Positions 1 through 13,075 of a DNA stretch of 64,000 bases are shown in pieces; within the stretch, counting starts at the first letter, position 1; each line of letters starts with the position of its first letter. The DNA comes from Mobula hypostoma (taxonomy: Eukaryota): assembly GCF_963921235.1 (NCBI RefSeq), contig NC_086101.1:4776001-4840000 (forward strand). The letters run 5' to 3'. Under the pieces are notes generated by a model that did not search any database, was not told the DNA's origin, and was given only the letters and a program-made list of their open reading frames with translations. Made by a program: the position numbers and the translations under genes.

Positions 1-219
1 TAGGGTCGGACACCTGTGGGCTGCCCCCAGAACATCCTTGGACTATGTTGGTTATTGGTGCAAACAATACATTTTACCGTATGTTTCGATGTACATGTGA
101 CAAGTAAAGCTCATCTTCAAAGATCTTCATGTTTCATCCCTGGGGTCAGTTTGGTAAATCAGTTGCCATGTGACAAATAAAGCTAAACTTTACCTTTGCA
201 ATCTCTACCCTGCCAACAA

Positions 220-420
220 ATCCCGCCCACCCTGCTCATGGACTGTTTGTCTCACTCCCATCAGGGAGGAGGCTGTGTAGCATCCACGCCAGGACCACCA
301 GACTCGAAAACAGTTACTTTCCCCAAGCAGTGAGACTGATCAACACCTCCGCCCACTAACCCACCCCTCCACACCTCCAACCACCACTACTTTATCATTT
401 CCTCTCAGTCACCTTATGTA
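220..420 (+). mobile_element. Rex1/Babar-type LINE 3' fragment
   Basis: Encodes the typical C-terminal motif LPSGRRL.SIHARTTRLENSYFPQAVRLIN. Confidence 0.6.
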
Positions 421-449
421 CAGATGCTTCTGTGTTTAGCTTCACTTTA

Positions 450-830
450 TATCATCATCACATGTTGTGTCATATGACGTGAGGTCATGATCATGGTTGT
501 TCTTGGCAAATTTCTCTACAGAAGTGGTTTGCCATTGTCTTTTGGGCAGTGTCTTTACAAGACGGGTGACCACAGCCATTACCAATACTCTTCGGAGATT
601 GTCTGCCTGGCGTCAGTGGTCGCATAACCAGGGCTTGTGATATGCACCGGCTGCTCGTACGACCACCCACCACCTGCTCCCATGGCTTCACATGGCCCTG
701 AGTGGTCGGGCTGGTGGAGGTCGTTTGGTGCTAAGTGGGTGTTACACCTTGCCCAAGGGTGACCTGCAGGTTAGTGGAGGGAAGGAGCACCTTCCATCTC
801 TTTTGGTAGAGACGTATCTCCACCCCACCA
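450..830 (-). mobile_element. SINE/non-autonomous retroposon with RTE-like 3' end
   Basis: Minus strand ends in GGCAAACCACTTCTGTAG...TTGCCAAGAAC and a (GAT)n tail, resembling RTE-associated SINE tails. Confidence 0.5.
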
Positions 831-1018
831 CCCTTCTTGTGTATTCACCTCCTTTGGAAGTTTTCATGTTTAATTGTTTTGCAACATTGAATCACAGTGG
901 ATTTAATTTGGCTTTTTTAGCACTGATTAACAGAAAAAGACTGTGTCAAAGTGAAGCAACGCACATCAAATTTGCTGGTGAATGCAGCAGGCCAGGCAGC
1001 ATCTCTAGGAAGAGGTAC

Positions 1019-1054
1019 AGTCGACGTTTCGGGCCGAGACCCTTCGTCAGGACT
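1019..1054 (-). ncRNA. Minimal type I hammerhead ribozyme motif (inverted pLTR copy)
   Basis: Reverse complement reads agtc-CTGACGA-agggtctcggccc-GAAACGTC-gact. Confidence 0.75.
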
Positions 1055-1620
1055 AACTGAAAGAAGAGCTAGTAAGAGACTGGGAGATCGTTTTGCTGAA
1101 CACCTACACTCTGTCTGCCAGAGAAAGCAGGATCTCCCAGTGGCCACACATTTTAATTCCACATCCCCTTCCCATTCTGATATGTCTATCCACGGCCTCC
1201 TCTACTGTAAAGATGAAGCCACACTCGGGTTGGAGGAACAACACCTTATATTCCGTCTGGGTAGCCTCCAACCTGATGGCATGGACATTGACTTCTCTAA
1301 CTTCCACTAATGCCCCACCTCCCCCTCAGACCCCATCCGTTATTTATTTATATACACACATTCTTTCTCTCTCTCTCTCTCTCTCTCTCCTTTTTCTCCC
1401 TCTGTCCCTCAGACTATACCCCTTGCCTATCCTCTGGGTTTTCCCCCCTCCCCCTTTTCTTTCTCCCTAGGCCTCCTGTCCCATGATCCTCTCATATCTC
1501 TTTTGCCTATCACCTGTCCAGCTCTTGGCTCCATCCCTCCCCCTCCTGTCTTCTCCTATCATTTTGGATCTCCCCCTCCCTCTCCCACTTTCCAATCTCT
1601 TACTAGCTCTTCCTTCAGTT

Positions 1621-1656
1621 AGTCCTGAGGAAGGGTCTTGGCCCGAAACGTCGACT
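1621..1656 (+). ncRNA. Minimal type I hammerhead ribozyme motif in Penelope pLTR
   Basis: agtc-CTGAGGA-aggg tcttg gccc-GAAACGTC-gact: stem I agtc/gact, conserved core, stem II, palindromic ACGT stem III and GUC cleavage triplet. Confidence 0.75.
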
Positions 1657-2704
1657 GTACCTCTTCCTAGAGATGCTGCCTGGCCTGCTGCGTTCACCAG
1701 CAAATTTGATGTGTGTTGCTTGAATTTCCAGCATCTGCAGAATTCCTCGTGTTTACGTGTCAAAGTGAGAACAGATCTCTACAAATCTCTACATGATCTA
1801 CATTCATTACAAATATAAAACACAAAATAATTGATTACATACATTGTGGGCCGAAGGGCCTGTACTGTGCTGTACTGTTCTATGTTCTGTAAGTATTTTC
1901 CCCCTTTAGTATGACACACCAAATCACCACTGGTGCAGCCAATTGGCTTTAGAAGTCACATAATTAGTTAAATGGAGATCGCTGTGTGCAGTTAAGGTGT
2001 TCCAAATGATTATAGTAAAAATACACTTGTATCTGGAAGGTCCAACTGCTGGAGAGTCAGTATCCTGGCAAAAACTACACCATGAAGACAAAAGAACACT
2101 CCAAGCAACTCCGCGAAAAGGTTATTGAAAAGCACAAGTCAGGAGATGGATACAAGAGAATTTCCAAGTCACTGAATATCCCTTGGAGTACAGTTAAGTC
2201 AATCATCAAGAAATGGAAAGAATATGGTACAGCTGTAAATCTCCCTAGAGCAGGCCGTCCTCAAAAACTGAGTGACTGTACAAGAAGGGGACCAGTGAGG
2301 GAGGCTACTAAAAGACCTATTCTATGACAGCTCTGGAGGAGTTACAAGCTTCAGTGGCTGAGATGGGAGAGACTACGTGTACAGCTGTTGCCCGGGTGCT
2401 TCACCAGTCACAGCTGTACAGGAAAGTGGTGAAGAGAAAGCCACTGTTGGGGATAAAAGCCTCGCATGAAATCTTGGCTTGAGTTTGCCAGAGGCTTGTA
2501 GGAGACTCTGAAGTCAGCTGGAAGAAGGTTCTATGGTCTGATGAAACCAAAATTGAGCTTTTTGGCCATCAGACTAAACGCTATGTTTGGCACATCATCA
2601 AAAACACACCATCCCTACCATGAAGCAGGTGGTGGCTACATCACGCTGTGGGGATGCTTCACTGCAGCAGGCCGTGGAAGGGTTGTGAAGGTAGAGGGTA
2701 AAAT

Positions 2705-3468
2705 TATTATCTGAATGGTGGCCGATTAGGAAAAGGGGAGGTGCAACGAGACCTGGGTGTCATTATACACCAGTCATTGAAAGTGGGCATGCAGGTACAG
2801 CAGGCGGTGAAAAAGGCGAACGGTATGCTGGCATTTATAGCGAGAGGATTCGAGTACAGGAGCAGGGAGGTACTACTGCAGTTGTACAAGGCCTTGGTGA
2901 GACCACACCTGGAGTATTGTGTGCAGTTTTGGTCCCCTAATCTGAGGAAAGACATCTTTGCCATAGAGGGAGTACAAAGAAGGTTCACCAGATTGATTCC
3001 TGGGATGGCAGGTCTTTCATATGAAGAAAGACTGGATGAACTGGGCTTGTACTCGTTGGAATTTAGAAGATTGAGGGGGGATCTGATTGAAACGTATAAG
3101 ATCCTAAAGGGATTGGACAGGCTAGATGCAGGAAGATTGTTCCCGATGTTGGGGAGGTCTAGAACGAGGGGTCACAGTTTGAGGATAGAGGGGAAGCCTT
3201 TTAGGACCGAGGTTAGGAAAAACTTCTTCACACAGAGAGTGGTGAATCTGTGGAATTCTCTGCCACAGCAAACTGTTGAGGCCAGTTCATTAGCTATGTT
3301 TAAAAGGAAGTTAGATATGGCCCTTGTGGCTACAGGGGTCAGGGGGTATGGAGGGAAGGCTGGGTTCTGAGTTGGATGATCAGCCATGATCATAATAAAT
3401 GGCGGTGCAGGCTGGAAGGGCCGAATGGCCTACTCCTGCACCTATTTTCTATGTTTCTATGTTTCTAT
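2705..3468 (+). mobile_element. CR1 LINE, young 5'-truncated copy
   Basis: Open ORF2 C-terminus (2741-3370, LVRPHLEYCVQFWSP) and (TTTCTATG)n tail. It splits the Tc1 transposase at VEGK|MNA. Confidence 0.95.
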
Positions 3469-5384
3469 GAATGCCGTAGAATATGGGAAATCCTGGAAGA
3501 AAACCTGACGCAGTCTGCAAGAGCATTGTGACTTGGGAGAAGATTCGTTTTTCAGCAAGACAATGATCCCAAGTATAAAGCCAAAGCCACAGGAATGGCT
3601 TAAAAACAACGAAGTTATTGTCCTGGAGTGGCCAAGTCAGAGTCCAGACCTCAATCCAATTGAAAATTTGTGGCTGGACTTGAAACAGCTGTTCACTCAG
3701 AATCCCCATGCAGTCTGACAGAACTTTAGCAGTTTTGTAAAGAAGATGCTGAAAAAAATTTAGAGTCCGGATGTCCAAAGCTGATAGAGACCTATCCACA
3801 CAGACTCGAGGCTGTAATTGCTGCAAAAGATGCATCTACTAAATACTGACTTGAAGGGGGATGCATACTTATGCAATGAGTTATTTTGTGTTTAATAATT
3901 CCAATTATGGTCTTATGATCTCATAAATTAAGACCTATTTGTAGAAATTTATTTTCACTTTGACATGAAAGAGTCTTTTCTGTTGATCAGTGTAAAAAAA
4001 AAAGCACCAAATTAAATCCACTGTGATTCTATATTGTAAACCAATCAAACATGAAAACTTCTGGGGGAGGGTGTGAATACTTTTTATAGGTACATGTGAC
4101 TAAACACATTGATGAAGGTAGAGCCGTAGATGTAGTGTATATGGATTTCAGCAAGGCATTTGATAAGGTACCCCATGTAAGGCTTATTGAGAAAGTAAGG
4201 AGGCATGGGATCCAAGGGGACATTGCTTTGTGGATCCAGAATTAGCTTTCCCACAGAATGCAAAGAGTGGTTATAGACGGGTCATATTCTGCATAGAGGC
4301 CGGTGACCAGTGGTGGTTTGTTCTGGGACCCCTGCTCTTTGTGATTTTTATAAACCTGAATGAGAGAGTGGAGGGATGGCGTAGTAAATTTGCTGATGAC
4401 ACAAAGGTTGGGGGTGTTGTGGATAGTGTGGAGGGCTGTCAGAGGTTACAGCGGGACGTTGATAGGATGTAAAACTGGGCTGAGAAGTGGCAGATGGAGT
4501 TCAACCCAGATTAAGTGTGAGGTGGTTCATTTTGGTAGGTCAAATATGATGGCAGAATATAGTATTAATGGTAAGACTGTTGGCAGTGTGGAGGATCGGA
4601 GGGGTCTTGGGGTCCGAGTCCATGGGACACTCAAGGCTGCTACGCAGGTTGACTCTGTAGTTAAGAAGGCATACGGAGCATTAGCCTTCATCAATCGTGG
4701 GACTGAGTTTAAGAGCCAAGAAGTAATGTTGCAGCTATACAGGTTTCCCCCGCTATCCGAATGTAGAGCATTCCTTTGAAGCCGTTCGTGCCGAAATAGT
4801 GTGAACTGAAGAAGCAATTACCATTAATTTCTATGGGAAAATTTTTTGAGCGTTCCCAGACCCAAAAAAAACCTACCAAATCATAACAAATAGCACATAA
4901 AACTTAAAATAACACTAACATATAGTAAAAGCAGGAATGATATGATAAATACACAGCCTATATAAAGTAGAAATAATGTATGTACAGTGTAGTTTCACTG
5001 AACAGAGATTTGTAGAAAAAATCGGCATGTGTACACATGCGCACACAGGTGCCCGCGCAAGGCTTCATGGTCATGGTAGTCTTTCTTGGGGTAAACACAA
5101 CGTATTTGACTGCTACTCTTCTCCATTGGCAACCCTCCCCTCCCTCCCCCACCACTGCCCCCGGTCGGCCGGTCCGCAAGAATATTGTCAATATTAAACC
5201 GGTCTGCGGTGCAAAAAAGGTTGGGAACCCCTGAGTTAAACCCATCTGCTGCCATTGCCCTCTGCACCTAGCCTACCCACATGTGTACCTGGACAACTAA
5301 TGGGCCCACCTCAACTATTTCTGGCAGCCTGCTCCAAATACGCACCATCATTTGTGCAAAGAAGCCATCCCCGTAGTTTCTTGC

Positions 5385-5660
5385 CACGGAAGCGCAGCGT
5401 TATTGCGGCACTATTATAGCTTGGGGCGCGGACTCCGGCACCCTTGTTAGGATTCTCTGTGTATGTCCTCCCCGTGGAATGCGTCGGTTTCCCCAGGTTC
5501 CCTCCCGCAGTCTAAAGACGCACCAAGTAGGTTAGTTGGTCGTTGTACGTTATCCCGTGATTAGGTTGGGGTTAAATCGGAGTCGTTGGGGCTTGCTGGG
5601 CAGAGAGGACTGGAAGGGCCCTACTCAGCATAGTGTTTCCAAAGTAAAAATAAATAAAAT
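5385..5660 (+). mobile_element. V-SINE-like element, degenerate
   Basis: Central tcctccccgtg...ggtttccccaggttccctcccgcagtctaaagacg resembles the V domain; A-rich tail. Confidence 0.55.
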
Positions 5661-5752
5661 AATTCTCTTGCCTCTGATCTTAAACATATACTCTCTTGTA
5701 CAGATGAGAGACAGGACGTACAGAGAGGTAATTACACCCAAGGTGCAGGACA

Positions 5753-8700
5753 TGGAAAACATAGAAAACATAGAAAAACATAGAAAATAGGTGCAGGAGT
5801 AGGCCATTCGGCCCTTCGAGCCTGCACTGCCATTTATTATGATCATGGCTGATCATCCAACTCAGAACCCTGCCCCAACCTTCCCTCCATACCCCCTGAT
5901 CCCTTTAGCCACAAGGGCCATATCTAACTCCCTCTTAAATATAGCCAATGAACTGGCCTCAACTGTTTCCTGTGGCAGAGAATTCCACAGATTCACCACT
6001 CTCTGTGTGAAGAAGTTTTTCCTAATCTCGGTCCTAAAAGGCTTCCCCTTTATCCTCAAACTGTGACCCCTCGTTCTGGACTTCCCCAACCTTCCTGCAT
6101 CTAGCCTGTCCAATCCCTTTAGGATTTTATACGTTTCAATCAGATCCCCCCTCAATCTTCTAAATTCCAACGAGTACAAGCCCAGTTCATCCAATCTTTC
6201 TTCATATGAAAGTCCTGCCATCCCAGGAATCAATCTGGTGAACCTTCTTTGTACTCCCTCTATGACAAGGATGTCTTTCCTCAGATTAGGGGACCAAAAC
6301 TGCACACAATACTCCAGGTGTGGTCTCACCAAGGCCTTGTACAACTGCAGTAGTACCTCCCTGCTCCTGTACTCGAATCCCCTCGCTATAAATGCCAGCA
6401 TACCATTCGCCTTTTTCACCACCTGTTGTACCTGCATGCCCACTTTCAATGACTGGTGTATAATGACACCCAGGTCTCGTTGCACCTCCCCTTTTCCTAA
6501 TTGGCCACCATTCAGATAATAATCTGTTTTCCTATTTTTGCCACCAAAGTGGATAACTTCACATTTATCCACATTAAATTGCATCTGCCATGAATTTGCC
6601 CACTCACCCAACCTATCCAAGTCACCCTGCATCCTCTTAGCATCCTCCTCACAGCTAACACTGCCGCCCAGTTTCGTGTCATCCGCAAACTTGGAGATGC
6701 TGCATTTAATTCCCTCATCCAAGTCATTAATATATATTGTAAACAACTGGGGTCCCAGCACTGAGCCTTGCGGTACCCCACTAGTTCACTGCCTGCCATT
6801 CTGAAAAGGTCCCGTTTATTCCCACTCTTTGCTTCCTGTCTGCTAACCAATTCTCTATCCACATCAATACCTTACCCCCAATACCGTGTGCTTTAAGTTT
6901 GCACACTAATCTCCTGTGTGGGACCTTGTCAAAAGCCTTTTGAAAATCCAAATATACCACATCCACTGGTTCTCCCCTATCCACTCTACTAGTTACATCC
7001 TCAAAAAATTCAATGAGATTCGTCAGACATGATTTTCCTTTCACAAATCCATGCTGACTTTGTCCGATGATTTCACCGCTTTCCAAATGTACTGTTATCA
7101 CATCTTTGATAACTGACTCCACCAGTTTCCCCACCACCGACGTTAGGCTAACTGGTCTATAATTCCCCGGTTTCTCTCTCCCTCCTTTTCTAAAAAGAGG
7201 GGTTACATTAGCCACCCTCCAATCCTGAGGAAATAGTCCAGAATCTAACGAGTTTTGAAAAATTATCACTAATGCATCTACTATTTCTTGGGCTACTTCC
7301 TTAAGCACTCTGGGATGCAGACCATCTGGCCCTGGGGATTTATCTGCCTTTAATCCCTTCAATTTACCTAACACCACTTCCCTACTAACATGTATTTCGC
7401 TCAGTTCCTCCATCTCACTGGACCCTCTGTCCCCTACTATTTCTGGAAGATTATTTATGTCCTCCTTAGTGAAGACAGAACCAAAGTAATTATTCAATTG
7501 GTCTGCCATGTCCTTGCTCCCCATAATCAATTCACCTGTTTCTGTCTGTAGGGGACCTACGTTTGTCTTTACCAGTCTTTTCCTTTTTACATATCTATAA
7601 AAGCTTTTACAGTCAGTTTTTATGTTCCCTGCCAGTTTTCTCTCATAATCTTTTTTCCCCTTCCTAATTAAGCCCTTTGTCCTCCTCTGCTGAACTCTGA
7701 ATTTCTCCCAGTCCTCAGGTGAGCCACTTTTTCTGGCTAATTTGTATGCTTCTTCTTTGGAATTGATACTATCCCTAATTTCTCTTGTCAGCCACGGGTG
7801 CACTACCTTCCTTGATTTATTCTTTTGCCAAACTGGGATGAGCAATTGTTGTAGTTCATCCATGCAATCTTTAAATGCTTGCCATTGCATATCTACCGTC
7901 AATCCTTTAAGTGTCATTTGCCAGTCTGTCTTAGCTAATTCACGTCTCATACCTTCAAAGTTACCCCTCTTTAAGTTCAGAACCTTTGTTTCTGAATTAA
8001 CAATGTCACTCTCCATCTTAATGAAGAATTCCACCATATTATGGTCACTCTTACCCAAGGGGCCTCTCACGACAAGATCGCTAATTAACCCTTCCTCATT
8101 GCTCAAAACCCAGTCCAGAATAGCCTGCTCTCTAGTTGGTTCCTCAACATGTTGGTTCAAAAAACCGTCCCGCATACATTCCAAGAAATCCTCTTCCTCA
8201 GCACCTTTAGCAATTTGGTTCACCCAATCTACATGTAGATTGAAGTCACCCATTATAACTGCTGTTCCTTTATTGCACACATTTCTAATTTCCTGTTTAA
8301 TACCATCTCCGACCTCACTACTACTGTTAGCTGGCCTGTACACAACTCCCACCAGCGTTTTCTGCCCCTTAGTGTTATGCAGCTCTACCCATATCGATTC
8401 CACATCTTCCCGGCTTATGTCCTTCCTTTCTATTGCGTTAATCTCATCTTTAACCAGCAACGCCACCCCACCTCCTTTTCTTTCATGTCTATCCCTCCTG
8501 AATATTGAATATCCCTGAACGTTGAGCTCCCATCCTTGGTCACCCTGGAGCCATGTCTCTGTGATCCCAACTATATCATAATCATTAATAACAATCTGCG
8601 CTTTCAATTCATCCACCTTATTACGAATGCTCCTTGCATTGACACACAAAGCCTTCAAGCGCTCTTTTACAACTCTCTTAGCCCTTATACAATTATGTTG

Positions 8701-8999
8701 AAAAGTGGCCCTTTTTGATGCTTGCCCTGGATTTGTCGGCCTGCCACTTTTACTTTTCTCCTTACTACTTTTTGCTTCTACCCTCACTTTACACCCCTCT
8801 GTCTCTCTGCACTGGTTCCCATCCCTCTGTTGTGAACTAACCTCCTCTCGCCTAGCCTCTTTAATTTGATTCCTACCCCACAACCATTCTGGTTTAAAGT
8901 CACCTCAGTAGCCCTCGCTAATCTCCCTGCCAGGATATTGGTCCCCCTAGGATTCAAGTGTAACCCGTCATTTCTGTACAGGTCACGCCTGCGCCAAAA
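5753..8999 (-). mobile_element. CR1 LINE, 3.2 kb: end of ORF1 (SGNH esterase-like) plus near-complete ORF2 (APE-RT) with one frameshift
   Basis: ORF1 tail LYRNDGLHLNPRGTNILA. ORF2 VNARSI..GITETWL..GDFN..SDH, then YLDFQKAFDKV and FADDTK. +1 frameshift near 6785; (CATAGAAA)n tail on the + strand. Confidence 0.95.
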
Positions 9000-9205
9000 G
9001 AATATTAGGTCTTTCGTAAAAGCGAAATGTCGTAAAGAGAACGTTCTGAAAGCGGGGGACATTTGTATAGGACTCTGGTTAGACCCCACTTGGAGTACTG
9101 TGCTCAGTTCTGGTCACCTCACTGCAGGAAGGACATGGAAACTATAGAAAAGGTGCAGAGGAGATTTACAAGGATGTTGCCTGGATTGGGGAGCATGCCT
9201 TATGA

Positions 9206-9398
9206 CAGGGGTCGGCAACCTTTTTGCCTCTGTGGGCTGGATCGCGTATTATTGAGTGAACGGTGGGCCAGATAAATGCCATTAAAAAAACTTGAAATAT
9301 GGGAATTATCCATTTAAATACATCTAGTTATGTTTTGCCTCAAATTAATGAATAACGCATGCTAGAAAGTCATTTGTGCTTAAGGTTGCCTACCCCTG
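9206..9398. mobile_element. hAT MITE (193 bp), deletion derivative of the 40219-45367 family
   Basis: TIRs caggggtcggcaacct / aggttgcctacccctg; 8-bp TSD ccttatga / ccttctga; body nearly identical to 40219-40407. Confidence 0.9.
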
Positions 9399-10999
9399 CC
9401 TTCTGAGAATAGGTTGAGTGAGCTCAGCCTTTTTTCCTTGGAGTGATGGAGGATGAGAGGTGATCTGATAGAGGTGTACAAGATAATGAGAGACATTGAT
9501 CGTGTGGATAGTCAGAGGCTTTTTCCCAGGGCTGAAATAGCTAGCTCGAGATGGCATAGTTTTAAGGTGCTTGGAAATAGGTACGGAGATGTCAGGGGTT
9601 AAGTTTTTTATGCAGAGAGTGGTGAGTATGTGGAATGGGCTGCCGGCGGCGGCGGATACGATAGGGTCTTTTAAGAGACTCCTGGATGGATACATGGAGC
9701 TTAGAAAAATAGAGGGCTATGGGTAAGCCGAGGTAGTTCTAAGGTAGGGACATGTTTGGCACAGCTTTGTGGGCCGAAGGGCCTGTATTGTGCTGTAGGT
9801 TTTCTATGTTTCTATAGGCATGTTTATTTATTGTATTTTTTTTATTATTGTGTACTGTATCTCTTTTTGTTTGTGCTGCATTGAATCCAGGGTAAATATT
9901 TCATTTACTCTGTACTGGAAATGACATTTAGCAAACTTGAATACTGTTGTGTGCAGGCAGTCATCTGTCAGAGTGCATGCACCTGAGTTCCGAACTGTGA
10001 AGGCTGCACTAACACTGAGGAGCAAGAGGTTATCTGGTGAAAGAGGAGAGGAAGAGAAAGCAAAAACAGTACAAAAATAGAGCAGAGCATTTCCTCATAC
10101 CTGCCTCGGTCCATGAAGTTTTAATAGTTTGTCAACATGTTAGTCACTTAATAAATTGACGAGCTAGAACAGAGCCGCTCAGGTGTAAAACAAAAATCCT
10201 CAGCATGACACGAGTTACAAATATTAACTTCCCTGAACTAACAGTTTCAGTCTGAATTCGTAACTCTGCAAGAAGCCATCTTCCTGTAAGTCAATTTTTA
10301 AAAAAAGACTCTTCATGTAGGAGGACAGGGATTGGAGAGGGTCCAGAGGAGATCCACAGGAATGGTTCTAGGAATGAAAGGGTTAACGTATGAGGAGTGT
10401 TTGATTGGCTCTGGGTCTTTACTTGCTGCAGTTTAGAAAAGCGGGGTGGAGGGGTTCAGAAATCTCATTCAAACCTGACATGGAAAGGCCTAGATAGTGT
10501 GGATGTGGAGATGATGTTGGGAGGAGACCAGAGGGTGGAGGTTCAGAATAGAGGGACATCCCTTTAGAACAGAGGTGAGGAGGAATTTCTCCAGCCAGAG
10601 GGTGGAGTATCTGTGAAATTCATTGTGGAGGCCAAGTCATTGGGTATATTTAAAGTGGAGGTTAATGGGTTCCTGACTTGTTGGTGAGAAAGGTCATGAG
10701 AATGGGGTTGAGAGGAATTCTGTACCGATGTCTTAGTGGTCTATCACAAGAGAATAAAAGCTATCCTACAAGTCAATTTGACTTAAAACTTTTGCCATTG
10801 TGCCATTCATAGAACATAGAACCTTACAGCAGAATCCATAGTCATAGTCATACTTTATTGATCCCGGGGGAAATTGGCTTTACACCATAAATAATAAATA
10901 GTAATAAAGCCATAAATAGTTAAATAGTAATATATAAATTATGCCAGGAAATAAGTCCAGGACCGGCCTATTGGCTCAGGGTGTCTGACCCTCCAAGGG

Positions 11000-12995
11000 C
11001 ACATATCCTGCCTCATATGTCAGGATGCTGCTTATCGACTTCAACCCTCAGAAGCTGGTGGGTGATCTGTCCTCAATGGCTCTCAACACTTTTCTAACTG
11101 GATCCTGGACTCCTTGACAGAAAGCCTGTGTTTGCAGAAACATCTCCAGCTCCATCACTCTGAGCGCCCACGCTCCCAGGCTGTTGACGGATGACTGCAC
11201 AGCTGGATCAGGTTCAAACCGAATCGCGTTTGCTGGTGACACAACTCTGTAGGCCTTGCCAACAACGATGATGAGTTGGTATACAGAGCAGCTGGTAGTA
11301 TCGTAAACACAAAATACTCTGCAGATGCTGGGGTCAAAGCAACACTCACAACACGCTGGAGGAACTCAGCAGGTCGGGCAGCATCCGTGGAAACGATCAG
11401 TCAACGTTTCGGGCCGGAACTCTACGTCAGGACTGTAGGGGGAAGGGGCAGAGGCCCTATAAAGAAGGTGGGGGGAGGGTGGGAAGGAGAAGGCTGGTAG
11501 GTTCCAGGTGAAAAACCAGTAAGGGGAAAGATAAAGGGGTGGGGAAGGGAAGCAGGGAGGGGTTAGGCAGGAAAGGTGAAGAAGGAATAAGGGAAAGCAC
11601 AGTGGGTAGTAGAAGGAGGCGGAACCATGAGGGAGGTGATAGGCAGCTGGGGGAGGGGGCGGAGTGAAATAGGGATAGAGGAAGGGAGGGGGAGGGAATT
11701 ACTGGGAGTTGGAGAATTCTATGTTCATAGCAAGGGGCTGGAGACTACCTAGACGGTATATGAGGTGTTGCTCCTCCAACCTGAGTTTAGCCTCATCTTG
11801 GCAGTAGAGGAGGCCATGTATGGACATATCTGAATGCGAGTGGGAAGCAGAGTTGAAGTGGGTGACTACCGGGAGATCCTGTCTGTTGTGGCGGACGGAG
11901 CGGAGGTGCTCGACGAAGCAGTCCCCCAATCTGCGTCGGGTTTCACCGATGTAGAGGAGGCCGCACCGGGAGCACCGGATGCAATAGATGACCCCAACAG
12001 ACTCACAAGTGAAGTGTTGCCTCACCTGGAAGGACTGTTTGGGGCCCTGAATGGTGGCAAGAAAGGAGGTGTAGGGACAGGTGTAGCACTTACACTTACA
12101 GGGATAAGTGCCGGGTGGGAGATCCATGGGGAGGGACGTCTGGATAAGGGAGTCACAGAGCGACCGATCTCTGTGGAAAGCAGAGAGGGGTGGAGAGGGA
12201 AAGATGTGCTTAGTGGTGGGGTCCTGTTGAAACTTCCGCCACCTTCACAGAAAGCACAGCAGCGTCCCCACTTCCTGAGGAGATTGAGGTTCCTCCCTCC
12301 ATTCTAACCAATTTTTACAAAATCACCATTGAGAGTGTGCTGACCAGCTGCATCACTGTCCGACTGCAAGTTCCTATAAAGGATTGTGAAGACTGCTGAG
12401 GAACATCGGGGTCTCTTTCTCACCCATCAAAGGAGCACTGCACACGCAGGGCTCTTAGTATTGTCAATCATCCCTTCCATCCATCCCACAATCTCTTTGA
12501 CCCCTTACCATCAGGCAGGAGGTACCATAGCAGTAGGACAAGAACTGCTAGGATGGGAAACAGCTTCTTCTCCCAGACTGTGAGGCTGCTGAACTCCGTG
12601 CCACCACCCAGGTCTCATCACGTATGAAGCACCGGTACTATTATACTGTTTACCTTTTAACTTGCGTTGTAAATCCACCTTATTTTGGCCACATTTGGGA
12701 ACAACTTCTTTCCAACAGTGATAAGACTGCTGAACGGATCCTGACCCAGATCTGGGCCGTACCCTCCAAATATCCGGACCTGCCTCTCAGTTTTTTTGCA
12801 CTACCTTACTTCCCATTTTTCTATTTTCTATTTATGATTTATAATTAAATTTTTAATATTTACTAATTTTAACTATTTTTAATATTTTTAATATTTAATA
12901 TTTGTAATCCAGGGAGTGGGAAGCGCAGAATCAAATATGGCTGTGATGATTGTACGTTCTAGTACCAATTGTTTGGCGACAATAAAGTATAAGTA
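11000..12995 (+). mobile_element. Rex1/Babar LINE fragments flanking a Penelope insertion
   Basis: NWILDSL, RFAGDTT and LPSGRRYHSSRTRTARMGNSFF motifs; a second tail ends in aataaagtataagtat. Confidence 0.6.
11303..12232 (-). mobile_element. Penelope-like (Neptune-type) element 3' part with GIY-YIG endonuclease
   Basis: ORF 11699-12127: Cys-rich linker PGTYPCKCKCYTCP, then VIYCIRCSRCGLLYIGETRRRL. pLTR with a degenerate hammerhead at 11399-11434. Confidence 0.9.
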
Positions 12996-13059
12996 TTGTT
13001 TAATAATTTAATTTTGGTAATATTGCTCTGTGTGTATGAGTTATGTTGTACTGTGTAAG

Positions 13060-13075
13060 AGTGTGTGTATGTATA

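Larger units (their letters stand above)
955..1756 (+). mobile_element. Penelope-like (Neptune-type) element, 5'-truncated, with inverted pLTR copy
   Basis: GIY-YIG C-terminus (RLGDRFAEHL...LEEQHLIFRLGSLQPDGMDIDFSNF). 955-1078 is the reverse complement of ~1596-1720. 12-bp TSD gtgtcaaagtga at 943-954 and 1757-1768. Confidence 0.9.
841..4093 (+). mobile_element. Tc1-like DNA transposon, decayed, interrupted by Penelope (955-1756) and CR1 (2705-3468) insertions
   Basis: Long TIRs (gtattcacc...gtgtcaaagtgaa versus ttcactttgac...gtgaatac). Transposase pieces run from ATG 2082 (MKTKEHSKQLREKVIEKHKSG) through WSDETK and [15 protein letters not shown] to a stop near 3849. Confidence 0.9.
4740..9065. 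mobile_element. Tigger/pogo-like non-autonomous DNA transposon with nested insertions
   Basis: Imperfect TIRs caggtttcccccgctatccgaatgt / acgttctgaaagcgggggacatttg with TA on both sides. Contains a hAT MITE end (~5005-5233), a SINE (~5385-5660) and a CR1. Confidence 0.65.
4094..9815 (+). mobile_element. Older CR1 LINE (pieces 4094-4739, 9066-9205, 9399-9815) split by nested DNA transposons
   Basis: RT motifs VYMDFSKAFDKV and KFADDTK. The reading MLQLY|RTLVRPHLEY resumes across the 4740-9065 insertion. TTTCTATG tail near 9815. Confidence 0.85.

Noticed and set aside
7742..8518. 258-aa + strand ORF and similar antisense ORFs (6238, 40933, 54369)
   Set aside because: Antisense shadows of CR1 ORF2.
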